From positions 57,308 through 77,307 of the IMG/VR virus record IMGVR_UViG_2643221950_000001: a DNA stretch of 20,000 nt; one strand, given 5' to 3'. Positions 1-8,987 of this stretch are shown here, in pieces. The position numbers were made by a program, and so were the translations under genes. This stretch comes from an uncultured virus (IMG/VR IMGVR_UViG_2643221950_000001). Taxonomy: Duplodnaviria; Heunggongvirae; Uroviricota; Caudoviricetes. The first letter of the stretch is position 1; each line of letters starts with the position of its first letter. Under the pieces are notes generated by a model, which saw nothing but the letters and a program-made list of their open reading frames with translations, searched no databases and was not told the DNA's origin.

Positions 1-460
1 GATGAATGGCGGTGAACGTATACGCCAAATGTGCTGGCTTTAACGTTTCGAGTATTTCGACGATATATCTTGTGTTTTGCAGGTCATCCAGGTTGACACG
101 CAATGCAAAATGATAACGATTGGTTGTAAGTCGGATGATCGCACTCGGATTTTTAAGAAATCGATTCACAGATTTCTCTAATGACAGATACGTAATTGGT
201 GGGATGTTCGACATCATATTAAGTAATCGCGCTCTGCGCAGCTCAATCGAATCATCTGACTCTCGCTGCACCTTGAGCATTCTTTCCCACCGATTCAATC
301 CCCACGTCGCTGTTAAAGGGAAAAATTGATTCGTTACATCAAAAATGGATTCATCCAATTGTTCAAACTCTGGCGCCTCCGTTTTTAGTAAATGATCCAC
401 ATCATAAATCTCTGTGAAATAAGGCGGCAAGTAGTTTTTCATTTCATCAAGTTTGCTCAA
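1..460 (-). CDS. xkdU: Baseplate protein, XkdU/YmfQ (DUF2313) family; 3' end lies outside the window
   Basis: Read by hand: TTG at 460 gives [15 protein letters not shown]...TATWGLNRWERMLKV...LKPAHLAYTF, open to the window edge; overlaps the xkdT stop; TATWGL..WE and KPAHL motifs. Confidence 0.88.
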   Translation of the reverse strand, partial: MSKLDEMKNYLPPYFTEIYDVDHLLKTEAPEFEQLDESIFDVTNQFFPLTATWGLNRWERMLKVQRESDDSIELRRARLLNMMSNIPPITYLSLEKSVNRFLKNPSAIIRLTTNRYHFALRVNLDDLQNTRYIVEILETLKPAHLAYTFTAIH

Positions 461-1493
461 TAACCTTCACCTGCCTCAGACGTGGTATCTCAATGTCCTG
501 TAATACTAAGTTTTTTGACTCCCCATTCAATAAGACGTTTGCATAATCGGACACACTCTCTGAATGGTACAAAATATCATTTAAAGCGGACATTCGAATC
601 GTACTTTTTTCAAATGCGATTGATTTTAACAGTGCTTTGACCTTTTCTTCTATTTCTTTTTGCGCACCCTCAAGTGTCCAGTCCATCTGAAGTTCGACGG
701 ACACTTCTACGTCAATATCCAGCCACTTGGCGCTTTCCACAGTTGCTTTTGAGCCAATAGGAGCTTGCCCTTCTCCTTCTCCCGGTACAGGATCGATATA
801 CTCCTGGACCCTTTTGACAAGAAGCTCAGATGCTACATCTAGATTGCCATCTGTGATGACAATTTTGACCGTTCCCTCTCCATTCCATAGCGGGAACACT
901 TTCGCTCTGCCGACACCAACCACTTCCTCGGCCCACTTTTTGTAATGTGCTCTGTTGGCACTGACAGCCTCTCGCCTTGCGCGTATTAAATACCGATCGT
1001 ATAATGACGCATCATCTTCTTCCTCTTGCCCTGGTATCACCAATTCCTTCATGATCATCGACTCTAGACCTGGAATGGTATCAAGCGATAGCAGCGGCTG
1101 ACCTGTTAATTGCCCATTGCCGGCTGTACCAGTTGTCTCGCATTCTAGTGTACCGTCCTTTGAAAATTGAAAATAAACGTCTTCAATAAAGAATCTTGAT
1201 CCTGCTGGAATGTTTACGTTCTCTGGTTGAATGGTTACGGACCACACCGCTTTGGTGGCTGGCTTTCGTTCAATCCCTACTTCTGCCGCTCGGCGATCTA
1301 AAAATTCCCCCTGTGCTGTATCAGCAAAGACAAGCTCAAACACTTGATCAAGCCAAATATACGACTGAGCCAGTTCAGCAGCAGCAGGCGCCAAGGCATT
1401 CCAAATGACGCTGTTTTCTCTTTTATCTATGTCATCTGGCAGCCTGTCCAGCATTCTTTCCATCAACGCCTCATACGTTTGCTCCTCAAACAT
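447..1493 (-). CDS. xkdT: Baseplate J-like wedge protein
   Basis: 348 aa; [21 protein letters not shown] and [28 protein letters not shown] baseplate-J motifs; synteny. Confidence 0.93.
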   Translation of the reverse strand: MFEEQTYEALMERMLDRLPDDIDKRENSVIWNALAPAAAELAQSYIWLDQVFELVFADTAQGEFLDRRAAEVGIERKPATKAVWSVTIQPENVNIPAGSRFFIEDVYFQFSKDGTLECETTGTAGNGQLTGQPLLSLDTIPGLESMIMKELVIPGQEEEDDASLYDRYLIRARREAVSANRAHYKKWAEEVVGVGRAKVFPLWNGEGTVKIVITDGNLDVASELLVKRVQEYIDPVPGEGEGQAPIGSKATVESAKWLDIDVEVSVELQMDWTLEGAQKEIEEKVKALLKSIAFEKSTIRMSALNDILYHSESVSDYANVLLNGESKNLVLQDIEIPRLRQVKVIEQT

Positions 1494-1908
1494 CTCCCTC
1501 CATCACCTCCTCTATTTCTAATGTGCCTTCATCTGTGACAATGGCTAGTTTGACTTGAAAGGCATCATTTTGCTTCGTGACCTCTATCTCTTCAATATGA
1601 TCAATCCGCTCATCAACGACCAATGCTTCTTCTAGCAATCTTGGAATCTCCATTTCTTTGTATTCATCTGTTGCTTCTGTATCGGTCAATAGCTCCTGAA
1701 TTTCAGTGCCAATGTCGTGACTGTAAATGGGATGTGCATAGCGCTCTGTTCGCAATGTCATATAAATAAATTGTCGGATCGCTTCAATGCCTGTAATGGC
1801 TTCATTTGTCAGCCTACCATTTACAAAATCTATGCGATACGTCGTCGAGGTTTCTACCTCTTCGTCTTCTTCTGTTTCCTCGATTTCTTCCTCTGGTGAA
1901 AGTGCCAC
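1486..1908 (-). CDS. xkdS: Baseplate protein, DUF2634/gp25-like
   Basis: GTG start at 1908 (MALSPE...) downstream of [26 protein letters not shown] motif; synteny. Confidence 0.88.
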   Translation of the reverse strand: MALSPEEEIEETEEDEEVETSTTYRIDFVNGRLTNEAITGIEAIRQFIYMTLRTERYAHPIYSHDIGTEIQELLTDTEATDEYKEMEIPRLLEEALVVDERIDHIEEIEVTKQNDAFQVKLAIVTDEGTLEIEEVMEGDV

Positions 1909-1922
1909 ATTCATCACCTCCC

Positions 1923-2189
1923 TTACAATTTGTCGATGATGTAAAAGGACTGCCCTCCTGCCATTGCAAGTACCATAATGCTGTCTCCCCTTTTCAACTC
2001 ATCATCCTCACCCTTATTTAAGCGTTTAGGCCAAATAAGCAGTTCTTCTGGAATGATCAGCTTACTGTTTTCATTTAATCGGATGTGAAGAGGCGAAGCC
2101 ATTGTGACCTCTCCAATCACCAGATCAATTGGAGAAGCTGCATCTACTGCATTGACAGCGAGTCGTTTAATTGCTTCACTTAATCTCAT
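1923..2189 (-). CDS. xkdR: DUF2577-family baseplate (spike-associated) protein
   Basis: 88 aa; [25 protein letters not shown]-terminus; ATGA overlap with xkdQ. Confidence 0.87.
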   Translation of the reverse strand: MRLSEAIKRLAVNAVDAASPIDLVIGEVTMASPLHIRLNENSKLIIPEELLIWPKRLNKGEDDELKRGDSIMVLAMAGGQSFYIIDKL

Positions 2190-3196
2190 GCTTGATCACC
2201 CTTTGGCATGGAATTTTTCTCAACGACGTCAATTGTCATGGTGTGCTTCACTCCATTGAATTCATGCTTGTCTTGATCGATCCAGTAGGTTTTTTTGATG
2301 TTGAATTCAGGGATTTTCAAATAGATTGGCAGACCGCTTTGCAGTTCAGGGATTCCGAGTGCTTGTATGCTTTTCACTTCTTGTTTGACGCCTTTTTTTT
2401 CAGCTAGTCGTACTTTCGCTCTTTTTTGAAGCTGCGGCTGGTTGATTTGACCTGTGACCGTCTCCACATGCTGTAAAATGCCGTACTGACTCTGACCCGC
2501 TTTGTCCTGTTCGATCACCACAATATCTGATTTGCTACCTTTTTTCTTATTCTTGCCCTGTTCGTCTACAGACGTGCGCATCTTCACACGTGTTGCTGTC
2601 TCTTCAATGGAGGTGCTGTACTGATAACCGATGAGGTTGACCCCTGATTCAATGACCCACACGTCCTCTGGATCGGGCCAAGCTCTCAGCCCCATCTTGC
2701 CTTTAGCAGAATAAATTTGATAATTTCTACCGGTTTGCCGCTTCGTTTCCTTCAATGCTTTTAAAATGATGTCATATAAACTCGTGTCATTTTTAAAGAC
2801 GAGAGACTTCATGACATGTCCTGTATTTGCGATGGATGTCATAGGGATTTGAAAGTCTGCCCCGATCCGCCTCAAAATTTGATCTGCCCGTTGATTTGAA
2901 AAAACATATACATCTTGGTTTTTCACTAAATATTGGAGCATATCGTATGCGGTAAAGGTCAGCTTTCCTTCAACAGGCGTCCTAGAAAACACGATGCCTC
3001 TGAACAGCTCTTTTCCTTTCCATTTAAAAAGAACCGTGTCTCCTTCTGAGACACGGTAATATGTTTGACTGCCTTGCTTTGTGATAATGTTCGCCTGAAT
3101 AGAGCGAGGGGCCTGATACCTTTGCCCCTGAAGTGTCACACTCTCTGTGACAAGCTCATACATCGTACCGCTTCTGATGGCAAAAAGCTCAATCAA
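2186..3196 (-). CDS. xkdQ: Baseplate hub protein, XkdQ/YqbQ family
   Basis: Likely TTG start at 3196 (MIELFAIR...) after a G-rich SD; AYDMLQYLVKNQD motif; the track start at 3247 overlaps xkdP. Confidence 0.88.
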   Translation of the reverse strand: MIELFAIRSGTMYELVTESVTLQGQRYQAPRSIQANIITKQGSQTYYRVSEGDTVLFKWKGKELFRGIVFSRTPVEGKLTFTAYDMLQYLVKNQDVYVFSNQRADQILRRIGADFQIPMTSIANTGHVMKSLVFKNDTSLYDIILKALKETKRQTGRNYQIYSAKGKMGLRAWPDPEDVWVIESGVNLIGYQYSTSIEETATRVKMRTSVDEQGKNKKKGSKSDIVVIEQDKAGQSQYGILQHVETVTGQINQPQLQKRAKVRLAEKKGVKQEVKSIQALGIPELQSGLPIYLKIPEFNIKKTYWIDQDKHEFNGVKHTMTIDVVEKNSMPKGDQA

Positions 3197-3207
3197 TGTC
3201 AGCCCCC

Positions 3208-3876
3208 CTATTGTGGTATTTTCAATTTTTGCCCTGGAAAAATCCAATATCCCGGCTGTTTAATATTGAGTTTACTTCGTTTGATCATCGCTGCTTTATT
3301 GGCATTCCAAATACGCCGCCATTTTGTACTATCGCCATAAAAACGGCCTGAAATGGCCCAAAGAGTATCTCCTTTTTTAACAGTGTACAATTTTGGTGGT
3401 GTTTTTGAGGGTCTTTTCTTTTTGGTTTGTTTCGCTTTTTTCTTTCGTTTGATTTTCCTAGGCGATGCGGTTTTATATTCCTTTAACTCGATCGTAAATT
3501 CACGATCACCTATGTCATAAGACCCTTCCTTGTGAGTGAAGCTCTCAATGCTGCACGTCATATTGATTTTAGTCCCTGTCACAATCAGTCGCACAGACTT
3601 CTTTGAACGCATCATTCGTTCAATTTTCGCTATTGCATTCTCTGGTGATGGAATGCTTTTATATTCAGCAATTGGCGAATATTTCTTAGGAAATAATGAG
3701 GTGAATGATACTTGTTTAGCCGATGGTACATCAATAAAAGTCAGTTCTCCAAAGGAGGAGACCTTCACCGTTTCATTTTGTACGTTATTTGTGATCTCAA
3801 GTTCGGATGGAAGCACAGGGAATCGCAACTTCTCCTTGCCTTGGGAAATCCACAATTGATACACTGATTTACCCAT
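3208..3876 (-). CDS. xkdP: LysM-domain tail tube initiator-like protein
   Basis: C-terminal Lys[31 protein letters not shown]...[10 protein letters not shown]; follows the tape measure gene. Confidence 0.92.
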   Translation of the reverse strand: MGKSVYQLWISQGKEKLRFPVLPSELEITNNVQNETVKVSSFGELTFIDVPSAKQVSFTSLFPKKYSPIAEYKSIPSPENAIAKIERMMRSKKSVRLIVTGTKINMTCSIESFTHKEGSYDIGDREFTIELKEYKTASPRKIKRKKKAKQTKKKRPSKTPPKLYTVKKGDTLWAISGRFYGDSTKWRRIWNANKAAMIKRSKLNIKQPGYWIFPGQKLKIPQ

Positions 3877-6800
3877 CGATCACGACCCCTTTCGTTCCTG
3901 TCTGAAGCTCTACTTCCAGTTCGTCTACAAGCATTTGTCTAATTTTTTCGACAAGCGATTGCTGATCCTGTCCATTATGGAAATGCTGATCACCATTGAA
4001 CTGGATGGTGATTTGTTTGTTGCCTGACGTTGTTGTATTCCCAGCTGACTGAGCTGAGGTGACTTGCTGCATCTGTGATTCTGGTAAAGGAGCAGATGCA
4101 TTTGATGGATCATAGACTTGCATTCCAAGTGCCTTCGCTGCCTGCGTCAATAAATATCTCCCGCGAATGCCTCTTTCTTCTGGAATAATCCATTCGCGTT
4201 TGTTTCCTTCACCGACTCTAGCTACCTGCTCCTGAGTAATCAGCCCACCATTGGCGTAGCCTTTATAAGGACCGCCTCTTCTCATACTCCGTAATCCCGG
4301 TGTATTGAAGACTGTTCCATATCTGCCCTTAATGTAGTTAATGGCTGCTACGGCATTATGAATTGGGTTCCAAATATCATTCATGCCCTTGCCTTTATTG
4401 GAATGGAAGGTCGGTCCAATGGTTTGCATTAACCCTTTAGAGGGCGTTCCCTTCTTGGCGTTGGAATCCCACAAGTTGATGGCTTTCGGGTTACCATTTG
4501 ATTCGTGCTGAGCGATTGTCATAAGACCTGGAAGCCAACTCATCGATGTGCCAGTCGCCATCAGAGCTGCCATGAGCCACTGCTGAACACTAAGACCTGA
4601 AGCACCCATACCGCTGAACGCTCCGATTAATGAACCCGCTTGATTTTCAGCAAACTTTTTCACATCAACTGAATCGAGCCCTTTGACGACACCGATCGAT
4701 GCGAATTTCCCTAGACTCATCATGACACGCGAAGGAGAATGAATGTCTAGTTCTTCTCTAAACGCCTGTTCCACTTTCTTCGCCATTTCTTTGGCAGCTT
4801 GTGTGACTTCACTTGCTTTTGAACGCATGCCGCTATTGAAGGCGTCGATCATTCCTGAACCCCATCCTGGTGATTCTTGTTTGGCCTGCAGGAATGGTTG
4901 TTTGACGTGTTGGTCTACGTATTGGCTTGTGCCAATTGATGTGGCATTTTGACCTGTTGCAAAGCCACTAACCGTTCCAGAACCCCAAGTTGGTGATGCT
5001 GTCATCACTTGTTGGTATGGTGCTTTTACACGACTTTGCAAAAAGCTGTCAGTTCCTGTTGGTGTCATTTGCTGGCTAGTAGCAAATGCCGATACCGTTT
5101 GTTGTCCGTACTTTCCTGAATCTGATGTCATTTGATTAAATGGCTGCTGAATGTTTTTTTGCTTCCATTGATCAAGTGAAACCACCTTTTGATTCAGCCC
5201 TTGTTCAAAATCATGATTAAATTGCTCACCTATGCTGGCAGATTGGATGTTTCCATTCATTGAAACCGTTCCACCAATTGAACCGGCAGAAGCAGTTGGA
5301 GCTGCTGGAGCATTTGGCGTTATTGGAGCTGGAGAGCTAGAAACTGGACTTGCTGCTCCGCTGCTGCTTGGTACAACAGACATTCCAAGATGAGAAGCAG
5401 CTTGTGCAAGCAACATCTTCCCACGGCCCCGGTTATTTTGAGTTGGAATGACAAATTCGTTACCCGCTTCACCAATCCATGATAAGGTAGGCTGGGTGAT
5501 ATAGCCGCCTGTGGCTTTTTGATCAGGTTTAAAATCTTTCCGACCTTTTTCCCGACCTTTTTCAAATTTTACAATATGCCTACCAATAACTTCTGCGCCT
5601 TTACTTTTAATTAAATCCCATGTATCTCCTAAAATATTTTTACCCCAAGACTTTACATCATTCCACTTATTTGTCCACCAGTTCTTATTAAATAGGGTAG
5701 AAGAAGCAGTTGCTTTTGCAGCTGACCAAATTGTTTTTGATTGTTCCCATTTATTTTCCGACCAATTTTTTACATCATCCCACTTCTCGCCCCACCAATC
5801 TTTATTAAAGACAGTTTCACGGATTTTTCCTTTAATTGAGTTCCATATATTAACGGCACCATCCCATTTTTCTTTGGTCCATTTTTTTACGCTATCCCAT
5901 TTTTCTCCCCACCACTCTCCGTTAAAAACGGTCTCACCAAGTTTTTTTGTGATAGAATTCCATATCTCGACTGCACCGTCCCATTTTTCTTGCGTCCAAT
6001 CCTTGATAGCATCCCATTTCTCGCTCCACCATTCTCCATTAAATACAGTAGATTCTAAAGCTCCAGTAATGTACCCGGCCTGTTCTGCCCACCATTCTGA
6101 ATTAAATAGTGTATTAGATGCTGTTGTTTTTATATCTTCCCATTTTTCACTTAAGTTCCCTAAAGATTTCTCTGCGGAGGTTTTAACACTTCCCCACTTT
6201 TCACTCCACCAATCCTCACTAAATAACGTATTTGAAATATTCTCTTTTAATTTTGAGGTATCAAATAATTCCCCAAGTTTTGACCCACCTAAAGTTCCGG
6301 CGATGCTCCCAGCAACACCCCCAACAGCAGCTCCTACAAACGGTATAGGAATTAGAGTTTGGCCTATTGCTGCTCCACTAATTCCTCCTGCAAGCCCTCC
6401 AGAGAATCCACCTACTTTTTCTCCAACGTTTTCTTTCGTTGTTCCTATCAAATCTGTAGCACTCAATAAGTTCCCCAAGATAGGCACTCTCTTTAAAAGC
6501 TGGCTACTTCCTTTTCCTATATTTTTAAGTACATCTCCTAATCCACTTAGCCCCCCACTACCTTTCATCAAGCCCGCAAGTCCGGCTACAGAGGCTACTA
6601 TACCTGTGGTTTTCTTCAATCCACTAGGTACTTTTTCAAAAATCTTACCTGCACTTGTTTTAAGTTTTGCTAATCTACCTTGAGGTCTTCTATACCTCTC
6701 CGTTCTTGCTGTGGCGGTAGGATTTGAGGGTTGTCTTTGTGAACGACCATTTCTATTTCTTGTCCTATTAGAGCCACGCCTACTTAAACCACGAGCACAA

Positions 6801-7849
6801 CAAGGGCAACAACTACTACGAAACAAACCTTTTCCATTTCGATTATTTTGCTGCGTATTAGGAGTTGGATTTGTTGGGGTTTCTGTCGTTTGATTTTGAG
6901 CTGATGAGTTAGTGTTGTTTTCGCTCGATTGGTTTTTCGGACCAAGGATCAAATCTAATCCTTTGTTAAACCATTTATCTAGATACTCTTCAGGATTGAT
7001 TTTAATTTTCTCACTAATTCGTCCTATTACTTCTTGCTTGTATTCGTCTATTTTCGTTTCAACCCAAGGTAGCGCCTTCTCATCCCAAAATTTCCTTGGG
7101 CTTAATTTTTCCTTCAATTTATCTGAGACGTCACCTGCATATTTTTCAATTTCTTTTAACGCCTTGTTCCCCAAATTCCCCAGCCAGCTTTGTTTGTTTT
7201 CCTTCGTTTTTGTAGCAGCTGTCGCATTAGGTTTTTTTTTGATTTTCTTTTCTTTCACAACTGACTCTGCCTGATCTCGTTTTTTCAACTTACTCTTTGC
7301 ATTGTCTTGAACAGATACTCTGATTTCGTGTTTAGCCATTGTCAAGCTTTTGAGTGTCTTTTTGATTCGTTGAATGGCAGCGGTGGCTTGGTCAACCATG
7401 TTTAATCTCATATAGTATGTTCTGTTCATGAGCTGAAGGATTGATTTTTTGATCGATGACATTTTTCCTGACAACTGATCATTCAGTTTGAACGTCAGCA
7501 GGATTGGACTTGCTTGTGATTGTTTCAAGCGATCTATACTGGATTTAATGACATCTAGTCCTTTTGCTTGAATCGATATGACCATCTGTTTCGGTATCAT
7601 GTTCAGCTGGTTTGTTAATGATTTGAGATCACGATAGATTCCTTGATCTAGCTTCATGGATAATACAGAAAACCTTCTCATCGATAAATTGAGGTTCCTT
7701 AGCTTCTTTTCATCCATTTCCAGGCTTATTTTCACCGGTTTTCTAAATGGTTTGAGCTGCTTCTCAAACGTTTGAAATCGTTTTTGAATGCGCAACAGCT
7801 TCTTTGATACTTTGTCTTCTAATTCAAATCGTGCAGTGAGCTTCGCCAG
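3869..7849 (-). CDS. xkdO: Tail tape measure protein with C-terminal lytic transglycosylase (SLT) domain
   Basis: About 1326 aa; Trp-rich repeats; [31 protein letters not shown] motif; frame open up to CTG at 7849, 8 nt after SD AAAGGAGG. Confidence 0.9.
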   Translation of the reverse strand: MAKLTARFELEDKVSKKLLRIQKRFQTFEKQLKPFRKPVKISLEMDEKKLRNLNLSMRRFSVLSMKLDQGIYRDLKSLTNQLNMIPKQMVISIQAKGLDVIKSSIDRLKQSQASPILLTFKLNDQLSGKMSSIKKSILQLMNRTYYMRLNMVDQATAAIQRIKKTLKSLTMAKHEIRVSVQDNAKSKLKKRDQAESVVKEKKIKKKPNATAATKTKENKQSWLGNLGNKALKEIEKYAGDVSDKLKEKLSPRKFWDEKALPWVETKIDEYKQEVIGRISEKIKINPEEYLDKWFNKGLDLILGPKNQSSENNTNSSAQNQTTETPTNPTPNTQQNNRNGKGLFRSSCCPCCARGLSRRGSNRTRNRNGRSQRQPSNPTATARTERYRRPQGRLAKLKTSAGKIFEKVPSGLKKTTGIVASVAGLAGLMKGSGGLSGLGDVLKNIGKGSSQLLKRVPILGNLLSATDLIGTTKENVGEKVGGFSGGLAGGISGAAIGQTLIPIPFVGAAVGGVAGSIAGTLGGSKLGELFDTSKLKENISNTLFSEDWWSEKWGSVKTSAEKSLGNLSEKWEDIKTTASNTLFNSEWWAEQAGYITGALESTVFNGEWWSEKWDAIKDWTQEKWDGAVEIWNSITKKLGETVFNGEWWGEKWDSVKKWTKEKWDGAVNIWNSIKGKIRETVFNKDWWGEKWDDVKNWSENKWEQSKTIWSAAKATASSTLFNKNWWTNKWNDVKSWGKNILGDTWDLIKSKGAEVIGRHIVKFEKGREKGRKDFKPDQKATGGYITQPTLSWIGEAGNEFVIPTQNNRGRGKMLLAQAASHLGMSVVPSSSGAASPVSSSPAPITPNAPAAPTASAGSIGGTVSMNGNIQSASIGEQFNHDFEQGLNQKVVSLDQWKQKNIQQPFNQMTSDSGKYGQQTVSAFATSQQMTPTGTDSFLQSRVKAPYQQVMTASPTWGSGTVSGFATGQNATSIGTSQYVDQHVKQPFLQAKQESPGWGSGMIDAFNSGMRSKASEVTQAAKEMAKKVEQAFREELDIHSPSRVMMSLGKFASIGVVKGLDSVDVKKFAENQAGSLIGAFSGMGASGLSVQQWLMAALMATGTSMSWLPGLMTIAQHESNGNPKAINLWDSNAKKGTPSKGLMQTIGPTFHSNKGKGMNDIWNPIHNAVAAINYIKGRYGTVFNTPGLRSMRRGGPYKGYANGGLITQEQVARVGEGNKREWIIPEERGIRGRYLLTQAAKALGMQVYDPSNASAPLPESQMQQVTSAQSAGNTTTSGNKQITIQFNGDQHFHNGQDQQSLVEKIRQMLVDELEVELQTGTKGVVIDG
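5600..6229 (-). repeat. 117-bp (39-aa) degenerate tandem repeats in the tape measure gene
   Basis: T(L/V)F...WW units begin at 6229, 6112, 6049, 5932, 5815 and 5698 (spacings 117, 63, 117, 117, 117). Confidence 0.85.
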
Positions 7850-7850
7850 T

Positions 7851-8033
7851 TTATTTCCCTCCTTTCTTTGCTTCTTTTTCTAGCATGTCGAGCTTGTAGC
7901 TGATGAGTCCGAATAAGAATGCCTTAAATTGTCTTGGTGCTTCGTATAAATCGAGGAGTTCTGATGGAGAATAGTGAAGCTCATGCATGGCGTAATATAA
8001 AAACACCGCTTCCTTATCCCCATCTTTTATTAG
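7851..8033 (-). CDS. -1 frame extension of the tail assembly chaperone (lambda gpGT-like C-terminal part; xkzB-like)
   Basis: Open -1 frame LIKDGDKEAVFLYYAMHELHYSPSELLDLYEAPRQFKAFLFGLISYKLDMLEKEAKKGGK* starting at the slippery site; fills the gap between xkdN and xkdO. Confidence 0.82.
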   Translation of the reverse strand, partial: LIKDGDKEAVFLYYAMHELHYSPSELLDLYEAPRQFKAFLFGLISYKLDMLEKEAKKGGK

Positions 8034-8470
8034 TTTTTTGCTGCGTCTTCTAAATCTTCAATTTCGTCTTCAAATCCATTGATTTCAATCGCTTTGTTTA
8101 ACCAGTTTGCATATTCACCGCCGACAGATAAAACACGTTTTGCAACTTCAACTGGATCTTGTGTGCTGTAGGCTTCTCTTAATTCCTTTGAGCGGAAATC
8201 TGGATAAATCGTCGATTCAATGGCAATTCGTGCATAGAAGCGCTGGCTGTCTAAGTCTTTTACGCGGCCTCTGCCTTTGACATTTTTGAACGTGGTGTTT
8301 TCTTTTTCCAGTTCATCAATACGTTCCGTGGTAATCGCTTTGAAGACAAAAGGAATGACATTCCCTTTTTTATCAACAAAACGCTTAGAAATTGGTACTT
8401 TGACCTCTTCTGCTTCTACTGTTTGTCCTGGCATAAAAAATGAAAGATCAAATGTTTGTTTTTCGCTCAT
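8030..8470 (-). CDS. xkdN: Tail assembly chaperone, XkdN family
   Basis: ATG at 8470 (MSEKQTFDLSFFMPG) after SD AAAGGGAG; 146 aa; lies between the tube and tape measure genes. Confidence 0.9.
   Translation of the reverse strand: MSEKQTFDLSFFMPGQTVEAEEVKVPISKRFVDKKGNVIPFVFKAITTERIDELEKENTTFKNVKGRGRVKDLDSQRFYARIAIESTIYPDFRSKELREAYSTQDPVEVAKRVLSVGGEYANWLNKAIEINGFEDEIEDLEDAAKN
8033..8039 (-). other. Programmed -1 ribosomal frameshift heptamer A AAA AAC
   Basis: GCA AAA AAC TAA at the end of xkdN fits X XXY YYZ in the correct phase. Confidence 0.8.
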
Positions 8471-8502
8471 GTTTAAAAACTCCCTTTTGTTTGTTTTTTG
8501 AA

Positions 8503-8537
8503 TACAAAAAAGCACATCCATTTTTTGAATGTGCTTT
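8503..8537 (-). terminator. Intrinsic terminator-like hairpin upstream of xkdN
   Basis: Minus strand AAAGCACAT-tcaaaaaatgg-ATGTGCTTT followed by TTTGTATT. Confidence 0.6.
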
Positions 8538-8551
8538 CCAATCTTTTCATG

Positions 8552-8557
8552 TATAAT
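8552..8557 (+). promoter_or_regulatory. Putative sigma-A -10 box of the toxin gene
   Basis: Perfect TATAAT about 70 nt upstream of the toxin ATG; no clear -35 at canonical spacing. Confidence 0.5.
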
Positions 8558-8627
8558 ATAACTCGTACAATTGAACGGCTTGCTCAAGGGTGTCTGGCTC
8601 ATCCCCGATAGGAAGGGGGTGATGCTC

Positions 8628-8711
8628 ATGTCAACGTTCCAAGCGATTTCCCTAATGCTTTTATTCGGGATGTTTATCCTTGCTTTGTTGACGTATATAA
8701 ACAAAAAATAG
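8628..8711 (+). CDS. Type I toxin-antitoxin toxin, BsrH/BsrE-like small hydrophobic peptide
   Basis: MSTFQAISLMLLFGMFILALLTYINKK* (27 aa; in-frame upstream ATG at 8622); SD AAGGGGGTG; single transmembrane segment with basic tail, closely resembling the MSTFQALMLML..LLTYI pattern of BsrE/BsrH. Confidence 0.88.
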   Translation: MSTFQAISLMLLFGMFILALLTYINKK

Positions 8712-8750
8712 ACTCCCCTTGAGCTTTGGTAGGTGAAAGGGAAAGTCTAT
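8703..8750 (-). terminator. Antitoxin RNA terminator
   Basis: AUAGACUUUCCCUUU...AAGGGGAGUCUAU followed by a U-run on the minus strand. Confidence 0.7.
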
Positions 8751-8830
8751 CCTTAAAACTATCTAATTGATAAGCCAGCCCCTTGAAGGGCCTCATTGTA
8801 CATTGCCGGGATGTTAGCGCATCCTGGCTT
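8703..8830 (-). ncRNA. Putative cis-antisense antitoxin RNA (SR4/SR5/as-bsrH-like)
   Basis: Convergent to the toxin 3' end; minus-strand promoter at 8837-8864 and terminator at 8703-8750; architecture of B. subtilis bsrG/SR4 and bsrE/SR5. Ends are approximate. Confidence 0.7.
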
Positions 8831-8836
8831 CTTTTT
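8805..8836 (+). terminator. Toxin mRNA terminator
   Basis: GCCGGGATG-ttagcg-CATCCTGGC stem (one G-U pair) followed by TTCTTTTT. Confidence 0.75.
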
Positions 8837-8864
8837 ATTGTATGCAAATCGCTTTGCATGTAAA
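8837..8864 (-). promoter_or_regulatory. Putative sigma-A promoter of the antitoxin RNA
   Basis: Minus strand TTTACA-16 nt-TACAAT. Confidence 0.55.
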
Positions 8865-8929
8865 CATCATTTTGTGTGTCATTTATTGCAATGTGCATTA
8901 CAAATGCATTCATTTTTCATTACATTTGC

Positions 8930-8938
8930 ATTATAGCA
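8930..8938 (-). promoter_or_regulatory. Extended -10 promoter element
   Basis: Minus strand TGcTATAAT, a perfect TGnTATAAT, pointing toward the antitoxin and xkdN. Confidence 0.5.
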
Positions 8939-8987
8939 TATTTGGTTTTTATTTAGCTAATTAATTAGCTAATTTCCTCCGCATTTC

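Noticed and set aside
3197..3247. Upstream starts given by the track for xkdQ (and likewise xkdS, xkdJ, xkdI, xkdF and the RusA-like gene)
   Set aside because: They overlap upstream genes or SD sequences; downstream starts have proper SD spacing
5874..6683. 269-aa plus-strand ORF
   Set aside because: Antisense shadow of the tape measure repeats; no RBS and no recognisable protein features
7851..8040. Possible pseudogene-type frameshift in xkdN
   Set aside because: Position and slippery heptamer fit the conserved programmed chaperone frameshift rather than decay
8471..8704. 78-aa N-terminal extension of xkdN in the ORF track
   Set aside because: Runs antisense through the toxin gene and a terminator hairpin; the SD and family N-terminus point to ATG 8470
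8674..8913. 79-aa minus-strand ORF in the toxin-antitoxin region
   Set aside because: No clear SD; overlaps the antitoxin promoter and both terminators; better explained as non-coding RNA, though not strictly excluded
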